Source of the DNA: a virus
Lineage: Duplodnaviria; Caudoviricetes
Virus record (IMG/VR): IMGVR_UViG_3300032270_000402
Span: 1 to 54,757 of that record
Reading direction: 5' to 3' (one strand)
Length of the DNA stretch: 54,757 nucleotides
Shown here in pieces: positions 45,504-54,315 of this stretch. The translations under genes and the position numbers were made by a program. The notes under the pieces were generated by a model. That model saw only the letters and a program-made list of their open reading frames with translations. It had not been told where the DNA came from and made no database searches. Positions within the stretch are counted from its first letter, which is position 1. Each line of letters starts with the position of its first letter.

Positions 45504-46568
45504 TTAGCCTGCGATCGTTGCGTTAAAGTGTTTTCTGATTCGGTCAATGTCTGCGTCGCCAATTGCGTTGTGATCAGTCGCGGCGCTCAGTTCCATGCTC
45601 GTGTACGTCGGTAGCTCAGTATCTAAAAATCCAACAATAAACTCAATGCCATTGTTTTTGCGTTGAAACTTGATCCACCCATCGCCAGCGTCAATCGCAT
45701 CGGCAAAATTGATAAGCGATGGCAATGGCAGATGCTCTTCACACCCTGCGCGCTGGCGCTCGATACTCAGATCGCCATGCTTAGCGCATGACCATCGTGC
45801 ATCACCATTACGCTCAGGTGTCACATGCACGCAGGTGCGGCATGAGAATTTAGGTGTCTTGGTGCCGTGACAGACATCCTTAAAGCTACACATGTTGCAA
45901 ATATAAAACTTGCCGTCGTTGTGTATTTTTTCAGGTGGCCTATCCGCAAAGACAATCGACTCGGCCTTCTCATTGATCTTTTGATACAGCTCTTCATCAA
46001 ACTGTACGCAAGTTGCGTATAGCTCGTCGGTATCCTTGTTCTTGGCCATATACAAGCCCTTGGCCAATTTCATCTGCCCCATGTACCACTGCATCTGCCA
46101 GTAGTGCATTGGCTTTGCATCTTGCAGGCCCTTCTTCACCAACTCAGCAAACGACTTCGTCGAGTGTGTCTTGAACTCAAGAAGATGTGGTGAACGATCT
46201 GTTCCAACAATGTTCTTAGCAACACCATCGCAATGACCGCGCATATGACCGCCGTGACTTTGAGCACTAAACTGCTTACCCGTCGCAGGGTCACAGTCCC
46301 AGACCGTGGCGCCGGTGTTGCGCAGATCCGCGACCAGACGCGGCTCTTCGAGATGACCCGTCTGAAATAGGCGCAGCATGCGGCCGTCAAACTGCTCGCG
46401 ATCCACCCAGCGAAATGCGTACCAAAGTGCGCGCTTGCATTCTTTACCAATAACCGACGCGCCAATGTAACCGCGAGATAATTCAGTCGCCTCTTTCTTT
46501 TCGTACCATTCATAGATTGCCTTAACAACCGGTTCGATCTTGTCTTCTAGGTCAGATAAATTAGCCAT
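45504..46568 (-). CDS. Cas4-like PD-(D/E)XK exonuclease
   Basis: IGAS.IG.EC.R.LWY, GHCDG, LLEFKT, QMQWYM, C..C....C cluster. Confidence 0.85.
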   Translation of the reverse strand: MANLSDLEDKIEPVVKAIYEWYEKKEATELSRGYIGASVIGKECKRALWYAFRWVDREQFDGRMLRLFQTGHLEEPRLVADLRNTGATVWDCDPATGKQFSAQSHGGHMRGHCDGVAKNIVGTDRSPHLLEFKTHSTKSFAELVKKGLQDAKPMHYWQMQWYMGQMKLAKGLYMAKNKDTDELYATCVQFDEELYQKINEKAESIVFADRPPEKIHNDGKFYICNMCSFKDVCHGTKTPKFSCRTCVHVTPERNGDARWSCAKHGDLSIERQRAGCEEHLPLPSLINFADAIDAGDGWIKFQRKNNGIEFIVGFLDTELPTYTSMELSAATDHNAIGDADIDRIRKHFNATIAG

Positions 46569-46581
46569 GATGCCCTTTGAT

Positions 46582-46634
46582 AAAAGGGTGGCCTACTAGC
46601 GCTCCAATCACCTTCCATGACGCGTTCGGCCACC
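46582..46634 (-). terminator. Long hairpin terminator/attenuator
   Basis: On the - strand: GGTGGCC...GGCCACC with an inner GTCA/TGAT stem, followed by CTTTT. Confidence 0.45.
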
Positions 46635-46642
46635 ACACTAAC

Positions 46643-47113
46643 TTAACGCATCCAAGGAGGCGTAGAGTTACCGGTTACCGCGTCTTTCACGGCGTTGACT
46701 GCTTTGCTGACGATGCCACCAGCTGCGCTGTAGCCTTTAACGACATTGTTCTCGCGCTTTCGATCATCAATCTCGATACCGACATCCAGCGTCACTGGCT
46801 TGTTATGCAGGTCAGATGAATCGGACGGCAAGTCAGTGAAGCCCACGGCCTTGTAGAAGGCTTGGAACTCACGCTTGGCAATCCCCACGGCGGTCTGGTT
46901 TGGGTTCCAGAGATTCATACGAGCCCACAGCTTGCGGCCTTTCTGTGAACCGTCAATGATCTCGAACGTGAACTGCAGATAGTGGCCAGTGCCTGCCTTC
47001 GTCACTTTCTTTTCAGATTCAGTGGCGATGGCGGTGTAGCTACCTGCAGGCAGCGCGCGAAATTCACGTTGCTCGGCAACGTCATTCATATCCAAATCGG
47101 TTAAATTACCCAT
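46643..47113 (-). CDS. ssDNA-binding protein (DUF669-like)
   Basis: LPAGSY.A...E...TKAG.G.YL..TFEI..G...GRKLW; PPW C-terminus; adjacent to the Sak4-like gene. Confidence 0.8.
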   Translation of the reverse strand: MGNLTDLDMNDVAEQREFRALPAGSYTAIATESEKKVTKAGTGHYLQFTFEIIDGSQKGRKLWARMNLWNPNQTAVGIAKREFQAFYKAVGFTDLPSDSSDLHNKPVTLDVGIEIDDRKRENNVVKGYSAAGGIVSKAVNAVKDAVTGNSTPPWMR

Positions 47114-47126
47114 GATCAATACCTCG

Positions 47127-47867
47127 TTAAATTGCAGATGCGGTCAGTGCGTCAGAAAACGCGTCCCAAGAAAGCGGCAACACCGGTGGCAGCCCGTAGC
47201 GATTCTTCGCTAGGTATGCTGGTGTTTCCGACGTGTACAACAGTCTCTCGCCTGTTGTGATGCCACGCGACACAGACTTATTGAACCCCACATCATCCTT
47301 TTTAACGATGGTGCGGTAGTTGGCAAACAGTACTGCGTCTGCCCATTCCTGCACGAGCGCGCTCGCACGCGACTGCAGCTTGGGCTGGTAGCGGTCATAC
47401 GGCTCGACCTCGGGAGAGTCGAATCGTTTGATCTCAGTGTGGCCAATGATCACGACAATCATGTTCTTGTCGTTACGTAGCGCGCTAAACCCATCAAGGA
47501 TCTCACGCCACTTATCGGCCAGTATCAACGCGCCCTTGCCGAAGCTCAGCTCTTTCGCGTCATACTTAGTCTCAATCTCTTTCTGCAGGATGGCCTCAAG
47601 CCAGTCAGCAGAGTCCAGCACCACTGTCTGAAAGTCGTGCTGCTCTGTGTACAAGGACTTGATAGCAGACAGCACATCGTCAGATGACTTGGCCATCGGG
47701 AACGATGACGTGTCGATGCTGCCGAGACCATCTTCCGTGCGGATAAAGATCGGTTTAGGGGCACCCGCGGCAAAGGTCGATTTACCAATGCCGTGCGTGC
47801 TGTACAGGAAAATCCGAGGGGCATGTACGGACTTGCCCCGTCGGATGGAACTTAAATCAAATGCCAT
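47127..47867 (-). CDS. Sak4-like AAA_24 ATPase (recombinase)
   Basis: YSTHGIGKST, TEDG, VVLDSADWLE, IGH, EWADAVLFA, AKNRY. Confidence 0.85.
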   Translation of the reverse strand: MAFDLSSIRRGKSVHAPRIFLYSTHGIGKSTFAAGAPKPIFIRTEDGLGSIDTSSFPMAKSSDDVLSAIKSLYTEQHDFQTVVLDSADWLEAILQKEIETKYDAKELSFGKGALILADKWREILDGFSALRNDKNMIVVIIGHTEIKRFDSPEVEPYDRYQPKLQSRASALVQEWADAVLFANYRTIVKKDDVGFNKSVSRGITTGERLLYTSETPAYLAKNRYGLPPVLPLSWDAFSDALTASAI

Positions 47868-47882
47868 CTTCGATACCTCGGT

Positions 47883-48254
47883 TTATGCTACGACCACTAC
47901 TTTTACAGCGGTCTTCGCGGGTTTGATCTCCAGCGGCAAGAGCGCGTACAATTCCGGCTCATTCTGCTGAAGGTATTTCACGCCCTTTTCATCAAGCTCT
48001 TCTTTGATCTTGATTGGACGCAACTCGGTTGGAAACTGATCTTTAACCGCATCCCATGCAGCAAAGTCCAGCTTGCGGTTAATCTTTCCGACAATCTCAA
48101 TTTTGAACCCACCTACCTTGTGGGTCTGGGCTCCTTCCTCTTTTTGGCCAAGAGCGGCAATCAATTGCTCTTCGATCTTGACGCGTGCCTCGTTGGCACT
48201 GTGCTCAGCGGCTTTGGCGTCTAGCCATGCTGCGGATAATGCTTCGATGTTCAT
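47883..48254 (-). CDS. Hypothetical protein of the recombination operon
   Basis: GAGGT RBS; WLDAK..E..A...R..IE. Confidence 0.75.
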   Translation of the reverse strand: MNIEALSAAWLDAKAAEHSANEARVKIEEQLIAALGQKEEGAQTHKVGGFKIEIVGKINRKLDFAAWDAVKDQFPTELRPIKIKEELDEKGVKYLQQNEPELYALLPLEIKPAKTAVKVVVVA

Positions 48255-48289
48255 CTTCAGTACCTCGGTCAGTTGTTGAAAGTGTGGCC

Positions 48290-48318
48290 ACTGTATATCG
48301 GTCAATCGAAGAGTGCAA
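48290..48318 (-). promoter_or_regulatory. Leftward sigma70 promoter
   Basis: TTGCAC-N17-TACAGT on the - strand; AT-rich upstream tract. Confidence 0.65.
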
Positions 48319-48353
48319 CCCCTTTTTGAAAATATTTTTAATATTTATTTATG

Positions 48354-48382
48354 TTGACGCAGATTCAGCATTCGTGTAGGTT
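48354..48382 (+). promoter_or_regulatory. Rightward sigma70 promoter
   Basis: TTGACG-N17-TAGGTT. Confidence 0.6.
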
Positions 48383-48412
48383 GCAATTTTCGACATCACT
48401 ATTGGAGCTGAA

Positions 48413-48619
48413 ATGAACGACGAGCCGGTGGGTTTCACCGTAGAGGGCATCATTGCATTAGCGGGCGGCGTGGCGCCGGTTGCTGATAAGTGTGGCATCA
48501 CAACCCAGTCAGTGTACAAGTGGCGGCGCAGAATTCCAAGCGAACATGCGCGCGTGGTCGCGATTATGGCTGGCCTTCCACTTGCAATTGTGCGTCCCGA
48601 CATGGTCAAAGGTGAATGA
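48413..48619 (+). CDS. Cro-like HTH regulator
   Basis: GGVAPVADKCGITTQSVYKW..RIP...RPD. Confidence 0.85.
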   Translation: MNDEPVGFTVEGIIALAGGVAPVADKCGITTQSVYKWRRRIPSEHARVVAIMAGLPLAIVRPDMVKGE

Positions 48620-51021
48620 TGGACTCTGTATTTTCGCGTTTTGCGAATCAATTTGTTGAGCGCGGTATCTCTGTCATACCGATCGCGCCGAACACAAAAA
48701 AGCCCGGCTCATTCTCTAAGGCGCACGGCTGGCGTGGCATGTCCGACTGGACACGATTCACCGACCGATTGCCGACGCAGATGGAGATTGACTCGTGGTC
48801 TAACTGGCCCGATGCGCAGATCGGCGTCGTGCTCGGCCACACGTCCAACCTTGTCGCGCTCGATAAAGATTACGACTTAAACCCGAGACAAGAAGAGATC
48901 CTGCAGTCAATCATTCCGATGTCACCCGTCGCGAAGAAAGGCGAAAAGGGCTGGACACGATTCTATCGCTACAACGGCGAGCGCAGCTGCTCGTTTGACG
49001 TGCATGGCAAGCGGGTGCTTGACATCCTATCTGACGGACGCCAGACCGTGATGCCGCCATCGGCCCATCCAAGCGGCTGCACGTATGTCTATATCACGCT
49101 TGATGCATTAGATCAGTTTGACGTGAATGATCTGCCTCAGTTGCCTGACGATTTTATTATTCAGGTGCAGAACATTTTAAGGCCATTTCAAACAGAAGAA
49201 GACCAGAAAATACAGCGAAAAACCTTTACTCCTGCACACGAGACACTGCAACTATCTACTCACGTATCTATTCAGCAACAGTACTTTGCCGAATTGAACG
49301 CTGCCGCGTTGCAGCGTATGGATGAGTGGGTACCTAAGCTGATCCCTACCGCAAAACGCGAAGGCGAAGGCTATCGTTGCATTGCGACATGGCGCGGTGG
49401 CAAGGGCATGAACGTGGGCATCCATCCCACAGGCATACGCGACTGGGCTGGGCAATACGGCATGTCATCAATGGACTTGCTAATGTATTCAAGTGGCCTT
49501 TCATTTATGGAGGCGGCAGACAGTCTGGGCCGTGCATTGAATTACTTCGACACGACACCTGTCACGCTGACGATCAATGGCAAGTCAACGACGCTCGTCG
49601 GTGCTACGCCTGCGGTGGTGCACCCGTGGCAGAAGCTGCCACCTGCGCAGGTTCTGCAGCTGCCACCCGATGAGGATGGCGAGGCGCCAGTCTCGGCGAT
49701 ACCGACATTCATCACGGATCCGCCGGGCATACTGCGCGACATTTCGCAGTGGATCACGGCCACAGCGCCCAAGCCACAGCCTGAGCTGTCCACGGCGGCG
49801 GCCATTGCACTGGCGGCGGCGATCATGCAGCGCATCTATGTCAGTGACAAAAACAACTACACCAGCCTGTACACCGTGATGGTGGCCAAGTCTACTGAAG
49901 GTAAAGAACACCCACAGGCGTGCGTCGAGCGCGCACTGGTGAAGGCCGACATGTCCAACCTATTGGCAGGCTCAGGCTATACCAGTTCAGGCGCGGTGTT
50001 CTCTGCACTGATCAAGCAACCAAACCATCTGGCGATCATTGATGAGATCGGCAAGTTGATCAAGATGAGCCGCGCCAAGGGCAACAGCAACAGCGAGGCG
50101 GCGATTGATAAGTTGGTGGAGGCATTCGGCAAATTGCACAGCACGATACGACCGCCCATCTACTCGACGATGACGCTAAGCCGTAAGCAGGCATCAGAGA
50201 TGAACAACACTGACCTGATCATCTACAACCCGGCGATCAGCGTGCTAGGCGCCACAACACCAGCGACCTTCTTCGGCAACCTGACCGATGACTTGGTGAG
50301 TGACGGGTTTCTTGGCCGTCTACTGGTCGTGGAATCCAGCCAGCCACGGCAGCTGGCCAGACTGGTGCCCAGTACAGATCCGCCTGAGCGCATCATTGAC
50401 TGGATGAAGGCCGTGCACGCGCCTGCTCATCAGCAGGCGGGCGACTTGGCAGGATTGACTTTATCTGAGGCGCCTGCAGTGACCACCGGCATGACGTTCA
50501 AGCCAGCCTGTGAGGCGCCCATACGGGACTTCGAGATTGAGCTGAACAAGCTCAAGGATCAATTCGAGTCGGAGCGTCTGGACGTTCTTCTTGGACGTAC
50601 GTTCGAGAAAGCCTTGAGGCTGTCTATGATCGCCGCAAAAGCTCGCAGCATGTCCACGCTTGAGATCGAGGTCGAGGACGTGCTGTGGGCGATCCAGTAC
50701 GTGCGCCACTATGACATGGCACTGATCCGCGCCGTGCGTAAGCACCGCGTCTCAAGTCAGGTCGATGGCGACATCAAGAAGGCGGTTGAGTACATCAAGG
50801 GAAGCAAGCGCATTGCGGCCGAGAAGGCCAACGAGAAGTTTGCTCACGTCCTGTCGCGTGGGATGATGCCTCACCAGCTGCTGCTCAAGCGAATGCACAT
50901 GAACAAGCGGCAGTTCGAGGAATTGATCGACACGGCCATTGGTGCGGGGGTGATTGGCAAGGTACCCGGCGAGGAGTTTCACTACGCGGGGTATGTCTAC
51001 TGCAGTCTTGACGAATCTTGA
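48616..51021 (+). CDS. Prim-Pol primase fused to DUF3987-like helicase
   Basis: VIPI, IGVVLG..LVALD.D, GRQTVMPPSAHPSG..Y; AKSTEGKE, IIDEIG, LGATTP, DGFLGR. Confidence 0.85.
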   Translation: MMDSVFSRFANQFVERGISVIPIAPNTKKPGSFSKAHGWRGMSDWTRFTDRLPTQMEIDSWSNWPDAQIGVVLGHTSNLVALDKDYDLNPRQEEILQSIIPMSPVAKKGEKGWTRFYRYNGERSCSFDVHGKRVLDILSDGRQTVMPPSAHPSGCTYVYITLDALDQFDVNDLPQLPDDFIIQVQNILRPFQTEEDQKIQRKTFTPAHETLQLSTHVSIQQQYFAELNAAALQRMDEWVPKLIPTAKREGEGYRCIATWRGGKGMNVGIHPTGIRDWAGQYGMSSMDLLMYSSGLSFMEAADSLGRALNYFDTTPVTLTINGKSTTLVGATPAVVHPWQKLPPAQVLQLPPDEDGEAPVSAIPTFITDPPGILRDISQWITATAPKPQPELSTAAAIALAAAIMQRIYVSDKNNYTSLYTVMVAKSTEGKEHPQACVERALVKADMSNLLAGSGYTSSGAVFSALIKQPNHLAIIDEIGKLIKMSRAKGNSNSEAAIDKLVEAFGKLHSTIRPPIYSTMTLSRKQASEMNNTDLIIYNPAISVLGATTPATFFGNLTDDLVSDGFLGRLLVVESSQPRQLARLVPSTDPPERIIDWMKAVHAPAHQQAGDLAGLTLSEAPAVTTGMTFKPACEAPIRDFEIELNKLKDQFESERLDVLLGRTFEKALRLSMIAAKARSMSTLEIEVEDVLWAIQYVRHYDMALIRAVRKHRVSSQVDGDIKKAVEYIKGSKRIAAEKANEKFAHVLSRGMMPHQLLLKRMHMNKRQFEELIDTAIGAGVIGKVPGEEFHYAGYVYCSLDES

Positions 51022-51060
51022 CAATTCTCCGCTAACACCTATCGAACGAACGCTGATACC
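51016..51060 (+). promoter_or_regulatory. Degenerate third copy of the promoter box
   Basis: TCTTGACAATTCTC overlapping the primase stop, upstream of the small-gene cluster. Confidence 0.5.
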
Positions 51061-51095
51061 TTACCCCTACCGATCAACTGAACGAGGAACTGAAG

Positions 51096-51257
51096 ATGAA
51101 GACAGCATTTAACAAGACACGCGTCAAGTTAGCGAATCCGTACTTTGACCGTTACTACCGCGCCGTGCCAAAAGCACCTGTACAGCAAATTGTACATGTA
51201 TTGGTGCCGGTGGTTTTTGAACGATCCACTGACTCTCAAATCAAGGTGCTGCAATGA
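51096..51257 (+). CDS. Hypothetical protein (53 aa)
   Basis: GAGG RBS; MKTAFNKTRVKLANPYFD...; ATGA overlap. Confidence 0.6.
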   Translation: MKTAFNKTRVKLANPYFDRYYRAVPKAPVQQIVHVLVPVVFERSTDSQIKVLQ

Positions 51258-51463
51258 AAGCAAATTCTGGATATTTAGTTGACCCAAAATTCTTGGGACA
51301 ATTGGAAGCGTTATTTTATTTTCTTGAGCAAGCTGATATTCAGGATTTTGCTGTTAGGGAGACGTTGTCTGTTGTGAAAAACACATACAAGACCAATCCG
51401 CCGGTGTTTGTCTTTAATGTGCCGTCAATAAGCACTGAATCTGCAGCACAAGAGTCGCAATGA
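51254..51463 (+). CDS. Hypothetical protein
   Basis: Coupled ORF. Confidence 0.55.
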   Translation: MKANSGYLVDPKFLGQLEALFYFLEQADIQDFAVRETLSVVKNTYKTNPPVFVFNVPSISTESAAQESQ

Positions 51464-51663
51464 GATACGTCACCATCCAAAAAGAGACACGCGCCAATGG
51501 TGACGGTGAGCATTACATCGTGCGCTTTGAGCGCCGCAATAAGTGGCAGAAACACTGGGCGGCGCAGTTTGATGCTCGATACTCAACCCGTGCCGATGTG
51601 GTCGCATGGGTCAATAGACAACCTAACTTGACACTGAAGGAGCATGACAATGATCCCGCATGA
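51460..51663 (+). CDS. Hypothetical protein
   Basis: Coupled ORF. Confidence 0.6.
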   Translation: MRYVTIQKETRANGDGEHYIVRFERRNKWQKHWAAQFDARYSTRADVVAWVNRQPNLTLKEHDNDPA

Positions 51664-51796
51664 TTACGTACCTGAATATAGACGCCGACTGATTCGCCGC
51701 ATCAGACGACGTGAAAACCTTGAGGCGGCCATTGGCGCCATCGGTTGGTTATTGATTGTTGCTGGAATGTCTGTTGCAATTTTTATTCTACTGTAG
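51644..51796 (+). CDS. Small membrane protein (50 aa)
   Basis: AAGGAG RBS; Arg-rich stretch, then a C-terminal TM segment. Confidence 0.55.
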   Translation: MTMIPHDYVPEYRRRLIRRIRRRENLEAAIGAIGWLLIVAGMSVAIFILL

Positions 51797-51799
51797 GAG

Positions 51800-52009
51800 A
51801 TGATGATGAAGCAGTTAAGTACCCGTGGAAATGATCTGTTACGTGATGAATTGTATGGCCTGTCCATTCGTGAATACATGGCCACGCAGATCATGCAAGG
51901 CCTTGTGGCCAATTCAGAGATCAAGTTGGACAGCCGACTGGCGGCCAAGTTTGCCGTGAAATACACCGACCACCTGATCGAGGAGCTCAATGAAAGCCCC
52001 GCACCCTAA
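51800..52009 (+). CDS. Phage RDYFAAKAMQG-like family protein
   Basis: GLSIREYMATQIMQGL...AVKYTDHLIEEL. Confidence 0.7.
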   Translation: MMMKQLSTRGNDLLRDELYGLSIREYMATQIMQGLVANSEIKLDSRLAAKFAVKYTDHLIEELNESPAP

Positions 52010-52169
52010 CGAGGCCATTCTATTGCGCATACCTCCGCAGCTCTATGCGGAGGTTCGCAAGGCACTAGAAGACATAGGCTACAACCTAGAGGGTGATGGT
52101 AACTACCAGCGCCTAAGCACCGTACCGTATTTTTTGAGGCATGATTATGAGCGACGCATTATTAGTTGA
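51990..52169 (+). CDS. Hypothetical protein (59 aa)
   Basis: GAGGAG RBS; MKAPHPNEAILLRIPP... Confidence 0.55.
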   Translation: MKAPHPNEAILLRIPPQLYAEVRKALEDIGYNLEGDGNYQRLSTVPYFLRHDYERRIIS

Positions 52170-52530
52170 ATCTGAGCGATACCGAAAGCTGTGGTCGTCG
52201 GTGATCTTGAATGCATTCAGCGAGCTGAAGTTGCGCACTAATTCCAGTGACGATATTTCACCGCAGGCATTACGTGCGCAGGCGTTCAGCTGGATCAATA
52301 ACAAGTCAACCTACTCTAGGCATTTCAATCCTGAGACTCGAAAGTTCGAGCGGTTTGAGTACAAGACAGGCGAGGAGTGTGGGCTGGAATGGCTGTGTGA
52401 TCACCTTGACCTATCAGCTGAGTGGCTGCGACGTATGTCCATGACGCGCGAGGGCATCCAGCGTGTGCTGAATGGCCATAACAGAACACAGGCGAGACAT
52501 AAGGTTAAAGACGAGGAGGACGAAGAATGA
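52141..52530 (+). CDS. Hypothetical protein
   Basis: RKLWSSVILNAF...A.SW...WLCDHLDL. Confidence 0.7.
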   Translation: MIMSDALLVESERYRKLWSSVILNAFSELKLRTNSSDDISPQALRAQAFSWINNKSTYSRHFNPETRKFERFEYKTGEECGLEWLCDHLDLSAEWLRRMSMTREGIQRVLNGHNRTQARHKVKDEEDEE

Positions 52531-52685
52531 GTGCTAAAAACATTAACTTCATACAGCCACCATATGTTGGGCGGTGGATTTCTTCGTGTGGAAGTATAAA
52601 AGCTTCAGTGATGAAAAAACCACGTTGGTTTCATCGCAAAATGATGCTGTTGATACTCGGGATTGATTGGGAGGACATCAAGTGA
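52527..52685 (+). CDS. Hypothetical protein (52 aa)
   Basis: GGAGG RBS; KKPRWFHRKMMLLILGIDWED. Confidence 0.6.
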   Translation: MSAKNINFIQPPYVGRWISSCGSIKASVMKKPRWFHRKMMLLILGIDWEDIK

Positions 52686-52768
52686 ACAAACTGCAAGAAA
52701 AACTAGACAGCATAAACGAAGCAGCCATCGAATGTGCCGAAGCAATCAGAGCAAGAGGTATGAAATGA
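52682..52768 (+). CDS. 28-aa peptide
   Basis: GGAGG RBS, GTG start; ECAEAIRARG motif. Confidence 0.45.
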   Translation: MNKLQEKLDSINEAAIECAEAIRARGMK

Positions 52769-52950
52769 TCGCAATAGGTTTAATTGGTTTGTGTTTGTTT
52801 GCTCTTATTAGCACAATCCTGCGCGTACTTAATGCAGCAGGGCTAAAAATTATTGATTATGTGTGGTGGGCGATGATCATTCTTGGGCTTGGTTCTTTAG
52901 GTATGATATTTATCGGGCTGGCTGTTTTGGCGTGGAGGACTCTGCCGTGA
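52765..52950 (+). CDS. Two-TM membrane protein
   Basis: GAGGT RBS; two hydrophobic segments. Confidence 0.6.
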   Translation: MIAIGLIGLCLFALISTILRVLNAAGLKIIDYVWWAMIILGLGSLGMIFIGLAVLAWRTLP

Positions 52951-53447
52951 CTACGAATGAAACCTGCCCCTACTGCGGGGCTGAAAAAAAATACGAAAAC
53001 TCAGCTCGTGAAGCTACGCCTGAAAAGGCATGGCTGGCTGTGCTTAGGGCTGCTGACATGGCTGCAAGGGGCGGGCGCGGTTCGTCTAGTAAGGTTGCAC
53101 GTTTTGAAGTGCCGGATATGGAATTTAAGTGCGGTTCAACATATTTCTGCGATGGGTTATTCGTACGACATTATGCGTGCTATGAATCTCAGATAGCAGC
53201 TCAGGCTGCGGAGATTGAGAGGTTGAAGAAAGACGCTCGTGAAGAGCGTGCACAGTTGGTTGAAGAATTGAACTATTCTAGCAACAAATTGTGGGATTTA
53301 GCGCAAGCAATCAGAGAGAGGGCTACTGAAGAGTTTACTTCTTGCAACCCGCATCCAGCTGCGCCGCACGGATTTAATCGCACCGCCTCACACAATGAAG
53401 GTCGGTATGTATGTGATTGCGAGTATTGGAAAGAGGATCAAGAATGA
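52947..53447 (+). CDS. Cys-rich hypothetical protein
   Basis: GGAGG RBS, GTG start; CPYCG...HPAAPHGFNRTASHNEGRYVCDCEYW. Confidence 0.65.
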   Translation: MTTNETCPYCGAEKKYENSAREATPEKAWLAVLRAADMAARGGRGSSSKVARFEVPDMEFKCGSTYFCDGLFVRHYACYESQIAAQAAEIERLKKDAREERAQLVEELNYSSNKLWDLAQAIRERATEEFTSCNPHPAAPHGFNRTASHNEGRYVCDCEYWKEDQE

Positions 53448-53638
53448 ATATCACTGTACACAACATTTTAGAAAAACAAGCAAAGAAGGCCGCTATGGAG
53501 GAGCGTAGAGATCGAATTGCCATTGCGGCTATGCAGGGGAATATCGCTAGCGGAGGAACGTGCTTTGATTTAGAAAAATTGGCGAGATGGTCGTATGAAG
53601 TTGCTGACGCAATGATGAAGCAAAGAGGTGAAGCGTGA
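53444..53638 (+). CDS. Second RDYFAAKAMQG-like family protein
   Basis: RDRIAIAAMQG...SYEVADAMMKQR. Confidence 0.7.
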   Translation: MNITVHNILEKQAKKAAMEERRDRIAIAAMQGNIASGGTCFDLEKLARWSYEVADAMMKQRGEA

Positions 53639-53781
53639 TGAGTTTTTATTATAGAGAAGCATTAAGGGCTATGGCTAAATTATGGGTTCAGAGCGGTGGC
53701 ACTGCTCAGAATATCAAGGATTGTTTACTTGAATTAGAGCAGTATGTAAAAGCAGAGGAGCAATTAAATGAGCGCAAATGA
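53638..53781 (+). CDS. Hypothetical protein (47 aa)
   Basis: GAGGTG RBS; TGATG overlap. Confidence 0.5.
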   Translation: MSFYYREALRAMAKLWVQSGGTAQNIKDCLLELEQYVKAEEQLNERK

Positions 53782-53995
53782 TTATCAAGTAGACGGAAGC
53801 CATTACATGGAGATGAAGGTTCAGCCGTGGGATGTGCTGCCGATTGTGATGACCCATGAGGAGTACATCGGATTCCTCAAGGGCAACATCATCAAGTACA
53901 GCATGCGACAGGGGCGTAAGGCGAACAGTGACGACGCGGCAAAGGCCCGGCACTATATGGAGAAGCTGGCCGAGCTTCGCGTGGTGCACGGATGA
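53768..53995 (+). CDS. DUF3310 (T7 gp1.7-like) protein
   Basis: QVDGSHY....QPWD...GFLKGNIIKY..R.G.K...D..KARHY. Confidence 0.85.
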   Translation: MSANDYQVDGSHYMEMKVQPWDVLPIVMTHEEYIGFLKGNIIKYSMRQGRKANSDDAAKARHYMEKLAELRVVHG

Positions 53996-54315
53996 AAATT
54001 TACGCGTACAGATTGCTGACAAGTGACGACGACCAGATTGGCTATTTTGGTGTTGTGTTTGCTAGCAGCAAGAAGCAATTGTTTTGGGCCCTCGATGAAT
54101 TCTGTGACCCGTACAGATGCGAGATCAAGGAGCTTGACTTCTCATCTGGAATTGGCATGGCATACAACATTGAGCATGATGAGCCGGTCACCGATCGATT
54201 AGAGATCGGTTCCGGGATCTTAGATACCGTGCTTAATGATGAAGACGGGTGGACGCTGGCGTTTGATGCAGACTACGACGTCACAAAAACGGTGAGGAGA
54301 TCTAGAGATGGTTAG
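53992..54315 (+). CDS. Hypothetical acidic protein
   Basis: ATGA-coupled ORF; LFWALDEFCDPY. Confidence 0.65.
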   Translation: MKIYAYRLLTSDDDQIGYFGVVFASSKKQLFWALDEFCDPYRCEIKELDFSSGIGMAYNIEHDEPVTDRLEIGSGILDTVLNDEDGWTLAFDADYDVTKTVRRSRDG

